A stretch of DNA of 64,000 nt, taken from positions 10,296-74,295 of the forward strand of contig JACQDL010000006.1 of NCBI GenBank assembly GCA_016201065.1. The letters are read 5' to 3'. The notes under the pieces were generated by a model. That model was not told the origin of the DNA. It did no database searches and was given only the letters and a program-made list of their open reading frames with translations. This DNA is from Actinomycetota bacterium (GTDB lineage: Bacteria > Actinomycetota > Actinomycetes > Mycobacteriales > JACQDL01). This document shows, piece after piece, positions 45,893 to 55,332 of the stretch (within the stretch, counting starts at the first letter, position 1; each line of letters begins with the position of its first letter). A program made the translations under genes and the position numbers.

Positions 45893-47656
45893 ATGGCGGG
45901 CTTCACGGTCTGGGCTCCGGCCGCTGGGCGGGTACGGCTGTGGCTGGGCGACCGGGAGCTGCCGATGCGCGCCGACGACAACGACTGGTGGCGGCTGGAC
46001 GTCCCGGACGCCAGCGCCGGCACCGACTACGGCTTCCTGCTGGACGACGACCCCACGGTGCTGCCCGACCCGGCTTCCCGCTGGCAGCCGGTGGGCGTGC
46101 ACGGGCCGAGCCGGTTACACGCCCCGGGCAGCTACCGGTGGGGTGACGGCGGGTGGACCGGGCGGGCGCTGCCCGGCAGCGTGATCTACGAGCTGCACGT
46201 GGGCACCTTCACCCCGGCCGGTACGTTCGACGCCGCCATCTCGCGGCTGGGACATCTGGTCGAGCTCGGCGTCGACCTGGTGGAGCTGCTGCCGGTCAAC
46301 GCCGTCAACGGCACCCACAACTGGGGCTATGACGGCGTCGGCTGGTACGCCGTGCACGAGCCCTACGGCGGGCCGGACGGCCTGATGCGCTTCGTCGACG
46401 CCTGCCATCAGCACGGCCTCGGCGTGCTTCTCGACGTCGTCTACAACCACCTCGGCCCGTCCGGAAACTATCTGGCCCGGTTCGGGCCATACCTGAAGGA
46501 GGGCCGCAACACCTGGGGGGAGCTGACCAACCTGGACGGGCCGGGCGCCAACCAGGTCCGCCGGTTCATCATCGACAACGCGCTGATGTGGTTCACCGAC
46601 TATCACCTCGACGGGCTCCGCCTCGACGCCGTGCACGCGCTGTCCGACAGCAGCGCCACCCACCTGCTCGAACAGCTCGCCGCCGAGGTGGACGCGCTCT
46701 CCACGCACGCCCGCCGGCCGCTGTCCCTGATCGCCGAGTCCGACCTGAACGACCCGCGCCTGGTGACGTCCCGGGACGCCGGCGGCTGCGGCCTGGCCGG
46801 GCAGTGGAACGACGACGTCCATCACGCGCTGCACGTCCTGCTCACCGGCGAGACCCAGGGCTACTACACCGACTTCGCCGCCCCGGACGCGGTGGCCAGG
46901 ACGTTCACCGACGCGTTCTTCCACGACGGCTCCTACTCCAGCTTCCGCGGTCGGGCGCACGGCCGCCCGGTGGACCGGAGCCGCACGCCCGGCCACCGGT
47001 TCGTGGTGTGCCTGCAGAACCACGACCAGATCGGCAACCGCGCCTTCGGCGACCGGCTCACCAGGCTGGTCTCCCCCGGCCTGCTCAGGGTCGGGGCGAC
47101 CCTGCTGCTGACCGGGCCGTTCACCCCGATGCTGTTCATGGGTGAGGAGTGGGCGGCCGGCACACCGTGGTTGTACTTCACCAGCCACCCCGAACCGGAG
47201 CTGGCGGCCGCCGTGGGCCGGGTCAGGCGGGAGGAGTTCGCCCGGCACGGCTGGCCGGAGGAGGAGGTGCCCGACCCGCAGGACCCCCACACCTTCACCC
47301 GCTCCACGCTGGACTGGTCCGAGCTGAACGCGCCAGCGCACCGCGCGATGTTCGACTTCTACCGCCGGCTGATCGCGCTGCGGCGTACCCACCCGGAGCT
47401 GTCCGACCCGCGGCTGGACCGGGTCCGGGTCCGCCACGCGGAGCTGGCCGGCAACAGGTACCTGGTGGTGTATCGCGGCCGGTTCGCGGTGACGTGCAAC
47501 CTGTCCCGCCGGCGGCTGCGCATCCCGCTGGACGGCACACCGGTGACCGTCGCGCTGGCCAGCGATCGTGGCTTCACCTTCCGCGACGGCGAGGTCGAGC
47601 TGCCCGCCGAGTCGGTGGCGATCGTCGATCTGGGTGTCCATCCGGACGGTCGCTGA
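45893..47656 (+). CDS. treZ: Malto-oligosyltrehalose trehalohydrolase
   Basis: YELHVGTFT, NWGYDGV, DVVYNHLGP, GLRLDAVHA, QNHDQIGNRA. Confidence 0.95.
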   Translation: MAGFTVWAPAAGRVRLWLGDRELPMRADDNDWWRLDVPDASAGTDYGFLLDDDPTVLPDPASRWQPVGVHGPSRLHAPGSYRWGDGGWTGRALPGSVIYELHVGTFTPAGTFDAAISRLGHLVELGVDLVELLPVNAVNGTHNWGYDGVGWYAVHEPYGGPDGLMRFVDACHQHGLGVLLDVVYNHLGPSGNYLARFGPYLKEGRNTWGELTNLDGPGANQVRRFIIDNALMWFTDYHLDGLRLDAVHALSDSSATHLLEQLAAEVDALSTHARRPLSLIAESDLNDPRLVTSRDAGGCGLAGQWNDDVHHALHVLLTGETQGYYTDFAAPDAVARTFTDAFFHDGSYSSFRGRAHGRPVDRSRTPGHRFVVCLQNHDQIGNRAFGDRLTRLVSPGLLRVGATLLLTGPFTPMLFMGEEWAAGTPWLYFTSHPEPELAAAVGRVRREEFARHGWPEEEVPDPQDPHTFTRSTLDWSELNAPAHRAMFDFYRRLIALRRTHPELSDPRLDRVRVRHAELAGNRYLVVYRGRFAVTCNLSRRRLRIPLDGTPVTVALASDRGFTFRDGEVELPAESVAIVDLGVHPDGR

Positions 47657-47692
47657 CCGCATGACCGCCGCACCGGAGCCGGGGAAGCCGCA

Positions 47693-47756
47693 GCGGGGGA
47701 ACCGGTCGGGAGCCGACCGAAACCACCGGCCAGCGCTCCCGACCCCGTTCCCCCGC
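47693..47756. terminator. Long GC-rich inverted repeat downstream of treZ
   Basis: gcgggggaaccggtcgggagc ... gctcccgaccccgttcccccgc. Confidence 0.55.
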
Positions 47757-47977
47757 AGTCGCCGCAGGCGGCCTCCCCTCGATACCACCTGCTCGCGGCA
47801 GCGCACCCCGGGCCGTGGCCCGGTGGCCCCCCTTGGTACGCGGCCGCGGCGCACACGCTGCCGCACCCGGCCGCGGGCTGGGAAGGGGTTCGGGCCGAAA
47901 TGATTCGAAGTGACCAGCACTGCCGGCGCCAACTGCCGCACCCCGTGCGCCATTCGCCGATCTGCTGAGATGCACCC

Positions 47978-48736
47978 ATGCACACGCTGCTCCCGATGCC
48001 GAACCAGGGACCCGACCGTCCTGAGCTCACCGAGGACGAGCTCACGGCCCACTACGAGGTGGTCACCGACGACCGGCCACACCTGCGGCTGAACTTCGTG
48101 GCCAGCGTGGACGGCGCCGCGTCGGTCCACGGCCGCTCCGCCGGCCTGCAGACACCAGCAGACGGCCGGGTCTTCGCGCTGCTGCGGGACCTCGCCGACG
48201 TCGTCCTGGTCGGCGCCGGGACGGTCCGCGCGGAACGGTACGACGCCCTGCGCCCCGGGGCGGCACGGCAGGCCCGGCGAGGAGCGCTGGGGCGGGCCGC
48301 CGTGCCGACCCTGGCCATCGTGAGCGCCGCGCTGGACCTCGACCCCGCCGCCACACCGTTCACCGCGACCGGACCGCGCACCATCGTGATCACCCACGCC
48401 AACGCACCGGAGCAGCGGCGGCGGGTCCTCGCCGAGGTCGCCGACCTCGTGGTGGCCGGCGAGGATCGGATCGACCTTCCCGGGGCGCTGGCGGAGCTGG
48501 CCGGCCGTGGGCTTTCCCGGGTCCTCTGCGAGGGGGGTCCCCAGCTGTTCGGTGCGCTGCTGGCTGCCGGCTGCGTGGACGAGCTGTGCCTGACCGTCTC
48601 GCCCCTGCTGGCCGGCGCCGCCGCCGGCCGGATCATCGCGGGCCCGCCGCTACCCCACCCGGCCCGGCTGCGGCTGACCCACCTGCTCACCGAGGACGGC
48701 GCGCTGCTGTGCCGGTACCAGATCGTCGCCGGCTAG
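47978..48736 (+). CDS. RibD C-terminal / pyrimidine reductase family protein
   Basis: NFVASVDG, VGAGTVRAERY, LCEGGP, VDELCLTVSP. Confidence 0.9.
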   Translation: MHTLLPMPNQGPDRPELTEDELTAHYEVVTDDRPHLRLNFVASVDGAASVHGRSAGLQTPADGRVFALLRDLADVVLVGAGTVRAERYDALRPGAARQARRGALGRAAVPTLAIVSAALDLDPAATPFTATGPRTIVITHANAPEQRRRVLAEVADLVVAGEDRIDLPGALAELAGRGLSRVLCEGGPQLFGALLAAGCVDELCLTVSPLLAGAAAGRIIAGPPLPHPARLRLTHLLTEDGALLCRYQIVAG

Positions 48737-48751
48737 GTGCAGGATGTGCGG

Positions 48752-49840
48752 GTGGACCTGCCCGTCATGCCTCCCGTCGCGCCGATGCTCGCCAGGTCGG
48801 TGAAGGCGGTACCGGCCGGCCCTGGCTACGCCTTCGAGCCGAAGTGGGACGGCATCCGCTGCATCGTCTTCCGCGACGGCGCCGAGGTCGAGCTCGGCAG
48901 CCGCAACGAGCGGCCACTGACCCGGTACTTCCCCGAGCTCTGCGATGCTTTCCGCACGCACCTGCCGCCGCGCTGCGTGATCGACGGCGAGATCGTCATC
49001 GCCACCGACGGCCGGCTGGACTTCGACGCCCTGCTCAGCCGCATCCATCCGGCCGACTCCCGGGTTCGGCTGCTCGCCGAGCAGATCCCCGCCTCGTTCG
49101 TCGCCTTCGACCTGCTGGCCCTCGGCGAGGAGAGCCTGCGCGACGCTCCGTTCCGGACCCGGCGGTCCCGGCTGGTGGCGGCGCTGGCCGGCGCGGCGCC
49201 GCCGGTCCACCTCACCGTCGCGACCGAGGACGCCCGGCTGGCGCAGCGCTGGTTTCACACCTTCGAGGGCGCCGGGCTGGACGGGGTGATCGCCAAACCG
49301 CTCGACCTGCCCTACCGATCCGACCAGCGGCTGATGCTGAAGATCAAACACGAGCGAACCGCGGACTGCGTGGTCGCCGGCTACCGGTGGCACAAGTCGA
49401 GCACAGCGGAGCTGCCGGCGGTCGGCTCGCTGCTGCTCGGCCTGTACGACGCCGACGGCGACCTGCAGCATGTGGGGGTGGTCGCAGCCTTCACCGCGGC
49501 TCGCCGCGCCGAGCTGGTCGCCGAGCTCGCACCGTGGGCCAGCGTCGGCCCGGACCATCCGTGGGCCGGCTGGTCCGGGACCGGCACCGGCACCGGAACT
49601 GGGACCGGTCCGGAGCGGATGCCGGGTGCGCAGAGCCGGTGGAACGCCGGCAAGGACCTGTCCTGGCAACCGCTGCGCCCCGAGCGGGTGGTCGAGGTCC
49701 GCTACGACCACATGGAGGGGCGCCGGTTCCGGCACACCGCGCAGTTCGTCCGGTGGCGGTCGGACCGGGACCCCCGCTCGTGCGACTACGCGCAGCTCGC
49801 CGAACCGGTCCGCTACGACCTCTCCGACGTGCTCCGGTGA
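48752..49840 (+). CDS. ligC: ATP-dependent DNA ligase LigC
   Basis: FEPKWDGIR, DGEIV, FDLL, LDGVIAK, KIKHERTADCVV, RFRH. Confidence 0.92.
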   Translation: MDLPVMPPVAPMLARSVKAVPAGPGYAFEPKWDGIRCIVFRDGAEVELGSRNERPLTRYFPELCDAFRTHLPPRCVIDGEIVIATDGRLDFDALLSRIHPADSRVRLLAEQIPASFVAFDLLALGEESLRDAPFRTRRSRLVAALAGAAPPVHLTVATEDARLAQRWFHTFEGAGLDGVIAKPLDLPYRSDQRLMLKIKHERTADCVVAGYRWHKSSTAELPAVGSLLLGLYDADGDLQHVGVVAAFTAARRAELVAELAPWASVGPDHPWAGWSGTGTGTGTGTGPERMPGAQSRWNAGKDLSWQPLRPERVVEVRYDHMEGRRFRHTAQFVRWRSDRDPRSCDYAQLAEPVRYDLSDVLR

Positions 49841-49861
49841 CCCGCCGCGCGGCTGGGTGCC

Positions 49862-49890
49862 ACCCGCATCGGCTCGCCGTCCATCTTGGG
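49862..49890. repeat. att direct repeat (left copy)
   Basis: acccgcatcggctcgccgtccatcttggg, 28/29 identical to 55409-55437. Confidence 0.85.
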
Positions 49891-50318
49891 ATTGCTGGCC
49901 CAGTTGCGCCGTGCGGCTCTACATAACCGCTGGTCACGATGGTGCGTCATGCGCGAGGTTGTCTGGCGAGTGAACGGGCCTTGTTGCGCGCTTGGGTCCC
50001 TACACTCGGCCCAGACCGCTGTGGCACGCCATTGCCTCCGGGTCGGTTGGTTGACGTGTCACAGCGGCGCACAACCCGGCGACCCCGACGCCGGAGCCGG
50101 AACATCCCGCGCGGCAGACGCTACAACCGATCACGTGGCGTAGCCTCTCGAAGTCAGCGCAAACTCGTCCGGCTACGTCATGACTTGTCACATGGTGCCG
50201 CGATTGCCGAATGAAGTTAGGCCATCCGGGTTACCGTCGATCACTGTGGGGTGCCTACCGGTCGGAGCGCGGGTACCGTCGGCGCGAAGCGGCCCCCAGC
50301 GCGTCAACGCCCGGGGAC

Positions 50319-50356
50319 GGCCGAGACGGTCGGTGCTAGGCCGAGACGGTCGGTGC
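50319..50356. repeat. 18-bp direct duplication, 20-bp period
   Basis: ggccgagacggtcggtgc-ta-ggccgagacggtcggtgc. Confidence 0.75.
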
Positions 50357-50395
50357 CATCGATCTGGATCTGACGAACGGTCCTAGGCTGCCACC

Positions 50396-50737
50396 ATGGG
50401 TGACCCGCGAGTGTGGTTGGTGACCTCCACGGTGCCGACACGCGCTGATGCCGTCGACCTCGCACGGGCGGTGGTGCGGGAGCGTCTGGCGGCGTCGGCC
50501 GAGGTGAACGGCCCAACGGTGTCGATCTTCTGGCACCTGGGAGAACTCGGCGAGGGCGAGGAGTGGCGCGTCGTGGCCCGCACCGGCACCGCGACGCGAG
50601 ACGCGCTCACTGCCCGTCTTGCTGAGATGCATCCCTGGGAGAACCCGGAGATCTCGGCGATGCCGCTGGCGTGGTGCCCGGACGCCTACGCCGAGTGGGT
50701 AGAACGCGCTACAGGCTCGCAGGGATCGGGGGATTGA
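50396..50737 (+). CDS. cutA: Divalent-cation tolerance protein CutA
   Basis: LARAVVRERLAASA, SIFWHLG, HPWENPEI, YAEWV. Confidence 0.85.
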   Translation: MGDPRVWLVTSTVPTRADAVDLARAVVRERLAASAEVNGPTVSIFWHLGELGEGEEWRVVARTGTATRDALTARLAEMHPWENPEISAMPLAWCPDAYAEWVERATGSQGSGD

Positions 50738-51845
50738 TCCTCGTGAGGCGGTCTGCGAGGTGGGGCGCGCCTGGTGCTTTGAGGTCGGTCAGGCGCCGGG
50801 AGATGCGCTTCGCGTATGCGACGGGTCGTGCTGAGGCGACCGGTGCGGCCAGACAAACGGCATTCATGGCTACCGTCGTGGCTTGGTCGAGTTGGCCTTG
50901 CTCCAGATAGGCGTCGGCCAGATGCAGCGTGTAGAGCGCCTTGTCTCTGGCCCAACCGTCGGGGTAGGTCGCCAGCGCGGTCTCAAGGGCGGGGACTGCA
51001 CGGCAGAAGTCTCGAAGTACGCACCACACGCGGCCGGCCATGAGGTCAAGTTCAGTCGAGTCCATCCAACCTGACCAATGGGGCGACGGCGCGCCGTCGG
51101 CGTCACCGAGTGCGTCGCGGGCCTGGTCGAGCGCACGGGAGGCCCCGTCGGCGTCGCCGGTGGCGGCGAGGGACCACGCGCGGCGGGATTCTAGAAGGGC
51201 ACGGGTTCGAGCAGACGCGGTGCTGCTGCCACCGCAGGCGGCATCGGCGGCGTCAACCGAATGCGGGGTTGCTGCCGCGTAAGAGATGTGGATCAGTGCG
51301 TTCGCCGCCAGATCATCGCTCTTGCCCTCGACCGCCGCGTACCGGCTGTACCGGTAGAGGCGCAGCGCCGGCTCGGTGTGTCCCGCATCGAACGCCGCCC
51401 ATCCGGCCTGTTGTGCCTGCTCAGCGGCCAGGGACGCCAATGCGTCGCGTGTGGATGAGTTGTAGTGGCTGTGGTCGAGAGCATGTTCCGTGCGGGCCAG
51501 TTCAGAGCTGTAAAGGCGATAGGTATCCGCGCCGCCGAGGTGGTTATCGAGATCACGGAGGCGCGCGAACATCTCCCGCATCTCATCGACATCACGTAGA
51601 CCGACGTGTCTGGGCGCGACGTCCGCCAGGACGATCCCGGCGACGGTGAGGAAACTCCGGCGGTTCACGTCATGCCCGAACGCGCGCTTGTAGGCGACAA
51701 CGACCTCTGGGGTCGCCCGCCGGCTCCCGTTCTCGATGTTGGACAGGTAGCCCCGGCTGTAACTGGTACGCCGGGTCATCTCCGACAGGCTCAAACCCGC
51801 CGCCTCGCGCGCCTTGCGCAGTCTCTCGCCGATCTCTTCATCCAT
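50709..51845 (-). CDS. XRE-family HTH regulator with helical (TPR-like) C-terminal region
   Basis: LRKAREAAGLSLSEMTRRTSYSRGYLSNIENGSR; VNRRSFL; LDNHLGG; QQAGWAAFDAG. Confidence 0.85.
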   Translation of the reverse strand: MDEEIGERLRKAREAAGLSLSEMTRRTSYSRGYLSNIENGSRRATPEVVVAYKRAFGHDVNRRSFLTVAGIVLADVAPRHVGLRDVDEMREMFARLRDLDNHLGGADTYRLYSSELARTEHALDHSHYNSSTRDALASLAAEQAQQAGWAAFDAGHTEPALRLYRYSRYAAVEGKSDDLAANALIHISYAAATPHSVDAADAACGGSSTASARTRALLESRRAWSLAATGDADGASRALDQARDALGDADGAPSPHWSGWMDSTELDLMAGRVWCVLRDFCRAVPALETALATYPDGWARDKALYTLHLADAYLEQGQLDQATTVAMNAVCLAAPVASARPVAYAKRISRRLTDLKAPGAPHLADRLTRINPPIPASL

Positions 51846-52093
51846 CGTGGCCGCCCGGGAGTGGATACACCGTGGATACAACTGCTCGCGATTCTCACCG
51901 TCCGTCCTCGTGAGACTACCGGCATGGACCACGGCATCGTCTCGACGAAGCCGAGCACACTCCCCGGCCGGCCGCGCCCGACGCGGGTAGACCCGTCCGG
52001 TCGGGTGAAGGGGGTCGTGGCGGTGGCACCCCCGGCCGCCGCCACGGCCCCATCTGGTGACTGCGGCCATGCGGCCGTGCATCTTGGAGGTGA

Positions 52094-52507
52094 GTGGTGA
52101 CCGATCGGATCGCTGAGACCGCGACCCGGCTGCGGGCTGCCGTCAGCGTGCTGGATGCGATCGCCCACGACCGGACCATGGCGTCCACTGTCGACCCGAT
52201 CGTGGCAGCGGTCACCGACCTGGCCGTGCAGATCCGGGCATTGATCGCGGATGTTGAGCGCCGGGACATCCCACCGGGGGCCTGCTCACTGGGGTGGGGG
52301 GTGTGCCCGGAGCATGGCGCCACTCTGGTGACCAGCCGGGGCCGGTCCCGGTGCCGGGTATGTGACGCGAGCTGGGACTACGACCGGGAGAACCAGCACT
52401 GCCGGGAACCAGCGACCTTCCTGCTCCACACCGCACCGGTCTGCCGGGCGCACGCCGAGGCGGCGCCGGCCAGCGCGCGGCTCACCCCGATCGAGGCCAG
52501 GTCATGA
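52094..52507 (+). CDS. Hypothetical Cys-rich (putative zinc-ribbon) protein
   Basis: RBS GGAGG; CPEHG, CRVC, HCREP, VCRAH. Confidence 0.6.
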   Translation: MVTDRIAETATRLRAAVSVLDAIAHDRTMASTVDPIVAAVTDLAVQIRALIADVERRDIPPGACSLGWGVCPEHGATLVTSRGRSRCRVCDASWDYDRENQHCREPATFLLHTAPVCRAHAEAAPASARLTPIEARS

Positions 52508-52553
52508 TCACCCACTGATGAGAACGCCCGCTCACGACACGCCCGGGAGCGTC

Positions 52554-53015
52554 CTAGCACCAGCTGCGGTAGAGCTTGTGCGGACCCTCGGTGGAGGCGA
52601 GCCTGCCCTCCCAGCCTTTGATGATCAGCTCCGCTTTGAGGTTGGTCGCCGTGCGGATCACCGCCTGACACCGCCTCCAGCGTAATCCGGCCGGTGAGGA
52701 TGTGGGTCTTCCTGCTCAATACGGCGCCCTCGGTGAGCTGGGTTGCTCCGAGGTGGAGGTGTGGCATCACCTCGTCGGACTGTCCCGTTGGGTGCCAGTG
52801 GTAGTCCAGCATCGCCTGGCCACCCGAACCCTGCAGCGAGTAGATGTACCCCTGGTCGTGGCCCGGTAGGGGCCGTCCGAGCACTGGAACTTGACTGTGG
52901 CGATACAGCCGAGGGCCGCCGCCAACGACGCGACGCGGCCTAGCCTCGCCCGATCGGGTGGACATGAACCGCTGACGTGCGCGAGGCGGACGAGCCGACG
53001 GCGCTGCGGGGCCAT
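52554..53015 (-). pseudogene. Frameshifted gene with YHWHP...PHLH motifs
   Basis: Continuous reading needs a 1-nt shift near 52850 and removal of a 10-bp duplication at 52659-52676; 5' end approximate. Confidence 0.6.
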
Positions 53016-53126
53016 GCGTACCCACACGCTGCCCACGGTCCTACTCCTTGCGACGCTCGCCACGGCCGACTGCTCGTCAACGGCGCCGGCCGCACAGCGA
53101 CCGGCGGCGATCGCCGCGGTCGCCGG

Positions 53127-53948
53127 TCAGGACAGACGCGCCAGACCACCCATGAGCCGGGCCTTGCCGCCATGGAGATCGACCAGACCCGGCGGAAGCA
53201 GCTCGAACCCGTCGAAGAGTTCCTCGATCTCCGCCATGGTCCGCGCCACGATCGGGTACGGCAGGCTGGCGGCCACCTCCTCCGCCTTCCGCAGGGTCTC
53301 CAGGTCCATGCCGTCCCGGCACCCCGTCGAGATCGCCAGGTAGCTACCCGGCGCCAGGGCCACCCGGTAGGCCGCCACGATCGCCGGCGCCAGGTCCAGG
53401 CGGACGAAGTGCAGCACCGCGATCACGAGCAGGCCGATCGGCTGGTCGAAGTCCAGGTGGGCGCGCACCACCGGATCACCGAGTACCGCGGCTGGTTCCC
53501 GCAAGTCATGCGGGACGGTCAGGATCCCAGGCGTGACCGCGCGGCGGGCCCGGTTGTGGGCCATCACGATCGGGTCGTTGTCGACGTAGACGATCCGAGC
53601 GTCGGGGTGGATGGTGCGAGCCACCTCGTGCACGTTCGGGGAGGTCGGGATGCCGGTGCCCAGGTCGAGGAACTGCCGCACCCCGGATTCGGCCATCGTC
53701 TGCACGGCTCGAGCGAGGAACTCCCGGTTCGCCCGCGCCGCCACCGGGTAGTCCGGCACCACTTCCATGAGGCGCGCCGCGGCCGCCCGGTCCACCGGGT
53801 AGTTGTCCTTGCCGCCGAGCACGTAGTCGTAGACGCGGGCGGGGCTCGGCTTGCTGATGTCCACATCATCCGACGGAACCCAGTCCATCTCGTCGTCGGC
53901 CCATCCCCAATCAAAGCTGGCCTTGCCAGGCTCTGGCTGCTCGGTCAC
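53127..53948 (-). CDS. Actinobacterial SAM-dependent methyltransferase (DUF574 type)
   Basis: PSPARVYDYVLGGKDNY, QFLDLGTGIPT, YVDNDP, AVLHFV. Confidence 0.9.
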   Translation of the reverse strand: MTEQPEPGKASFDWGWADDEMDWVPSDDVDISKPSPARVYDYVLGGKDNYPVDRAAAARLMEVVPDYPVAARANREFLARAVQTMAESGVRQFLDLGTGIPTSPNVHEVARTIHPDARIVYVDNDPIVMAHNRARRAVTPGILTVPHDLREPAAVLGDPVVRAHLDFDQPIGLLVIAVLHFVRLDLAPAIVAAYRVALAPGSYLAISTGCRDGMDLETLRKAEEVAASLPYPIVARTMAEIEELFDGFELLPPGLVDLHGGKARLMGGLARLS

Positions 53949-54202
53949 CGCATCCCACCCCAGCCTGGTCGATCACGACGGAGCCCCGCTCTGTGACCTT
54001 CCCGCGACGTCACAAGTACCCCGCCATCGTCGTTGGTCTCGGTCGTAGCCTACGGCCGGCCGCACCACGGGTGAAGATGTACTCGTGGTCTGAGCGGATC
54101 GACCGGACCGTCACCGAGGCGACGGCGGCCGGGGTCGAGCTGGGCTACCGTGCTCGGGTCGCCGAGGAGCACGGCGTGACCGAACTTCATCCGCGCTGAC
54201 GA

Positions 54203-54559
54203 TCACACCGGGACGTGGGGCCGGTCGATCGGATCGCTCGCGCGTGGAGACTGGACACGGGTAGCCAGATCCCGGATCACCGGCTCCATGCCCCCGGTGC
54301 AGGTGCCACAGGCATGCAGCGCGGTCCGAATGAGGGTAGCCGCCTCCAGAGAGGCTTCACCCGGGCCGTCCGCCTTCGGTGCCAGCTCGAACGTGACGGT
54401 GATCCGTCCATCGGCCATGCTCGCGGTCAGGTCAGGATCGACCACGCCGTCCAGGTCGTAGAGCTCGTCGAGGAAGCCGCGGCCGAACTCCTCGACCCGC
54501 TCAGGGGTGACGTCGCTGCTGAGCTCGAAGTCGACTGTGATCCGAAACATTGTGATCAT
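54203..54559 (-). CDS. Acidic hypothetical protein, putative antitoxin
   Basis: Immediately downstream of the HicA-like gene, own RBS GAGGGGAG; IRTALHA motif. Confidence 0.55.
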   Translation of the reverse strand: MITMFRITVDFELSSDVTPERVEEFGRGFLDELYDLDGVVDPDLTASMADGRITVTFELAPKADGPGEASLEAATLIRTALHACGTCTGGMEPVIRDLATRVQSPRASDPIDRPHVPV

Positions 54560-54566
54560 GGACGTC

Positions 54567-54797
54567 TCATCTCCCCTCATCCTGCCAGCAGGTCGCGCGG
54601 CATAGCTGCCCACGCAGGTTCACCAGGTATGTCGGCGATGATGGGCTCAGGTGAACCGTCTTCAGATGTTTCCGTTCGCAGGGACAGTACATTTTGTAGT
54701 ACTTCTTGCCCTTTTCGACCCTCCAGCCCTGTCGTTCCGCCTCGTGAAGGACCGCTTCAAGATCCTTGTCTGGGTGCCGCGGTCTTCCCGTGGCCAC
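54567..54797 (-). CDS. HicA-like small basic protein, putative toxin
   Basis: Strong RBS GAGGAGG; AERQGWRVEKGKKYYKMYCPC...TVHLSPS pattern of a HicA/dsRBD-like fold. Confidence 0.6.
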   Translation of the reverse strand: MATGRPRHPDKDLEAVLHEAERQGWRVEKGKKYYKMYCPCERKHLKTVHLSPSSPTYLVNLRGQLCRATCWQDEGR

Positions 54798-55158
54798 TGT
54801 GCCCCCTCCTCAAACGAGCATGCGGCCTGAACGTCATCCTTGCCACAGCTTCCATGCAATAGCTTTGCAACACGGCGTGATTCACCTGTCTGGTCTACCG
54901 CCGTCCGGGACGTCACCATCCCTACAGAGCCCTGTCTACTGCGTCTCGCGGCAGCGGCAGGCGCGGATCGCCCAAACCAACCCTTCCGGACGCCAGCTTC
55001 ACCCGCTCGGTCGACTCCGCAGTGCGTGGACCGTGGCGCCCGGAATGGGCAGCAGTCCGTTCTACGACCGGCTGCGCGCTCGCACGTTCTGATCGCCGAC
55101 GAGCCGGTCCGCCGGGCCGTCGCGGGCGTGCGCCGAGGCGGCCCGGCGGACAACGCGA

Positions 55159-55332
55159 TCAAATCCGGTCACCACGGGCAAGCTGCTTGAGGTTCCGTTC
55201 CCCGCCACCAGCGCTCAGGTGGTCCTGAGCCCACGTGTGCCGGAACCGGTGGGCGTGCGTATCCTCCACCCCGGCACGACGGGCAATCACCCTCAGCCGG
55301 TCGTCAGCACCATCCTTGGAAAGTGCGCCACG
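55159..55332 (-). pseudogene. Tyrosine recombinase/integrase fragment
   Basis: Translates RGALSKDGADDRLRVIARRAGVEDTHAHRFRHTWAQDHLSAGGGERNLKQLA (HxxRH box); no start, no catalytic Tyr. Confidence 0.8.

Noticed and set aside
47660-47800. Possible c-di-AMP (ydaO) riboswitch from GCGGGGGAACC
   Set aside because: Downstream GGGGTGAA and CCCGTCAGCTAAC elements are absent; a simple inverted repeat explains the sequence
53993-54199. Small ORF inside the island
   Set aside because: Short, no motif or convincing RBS; possibly a gene fragment
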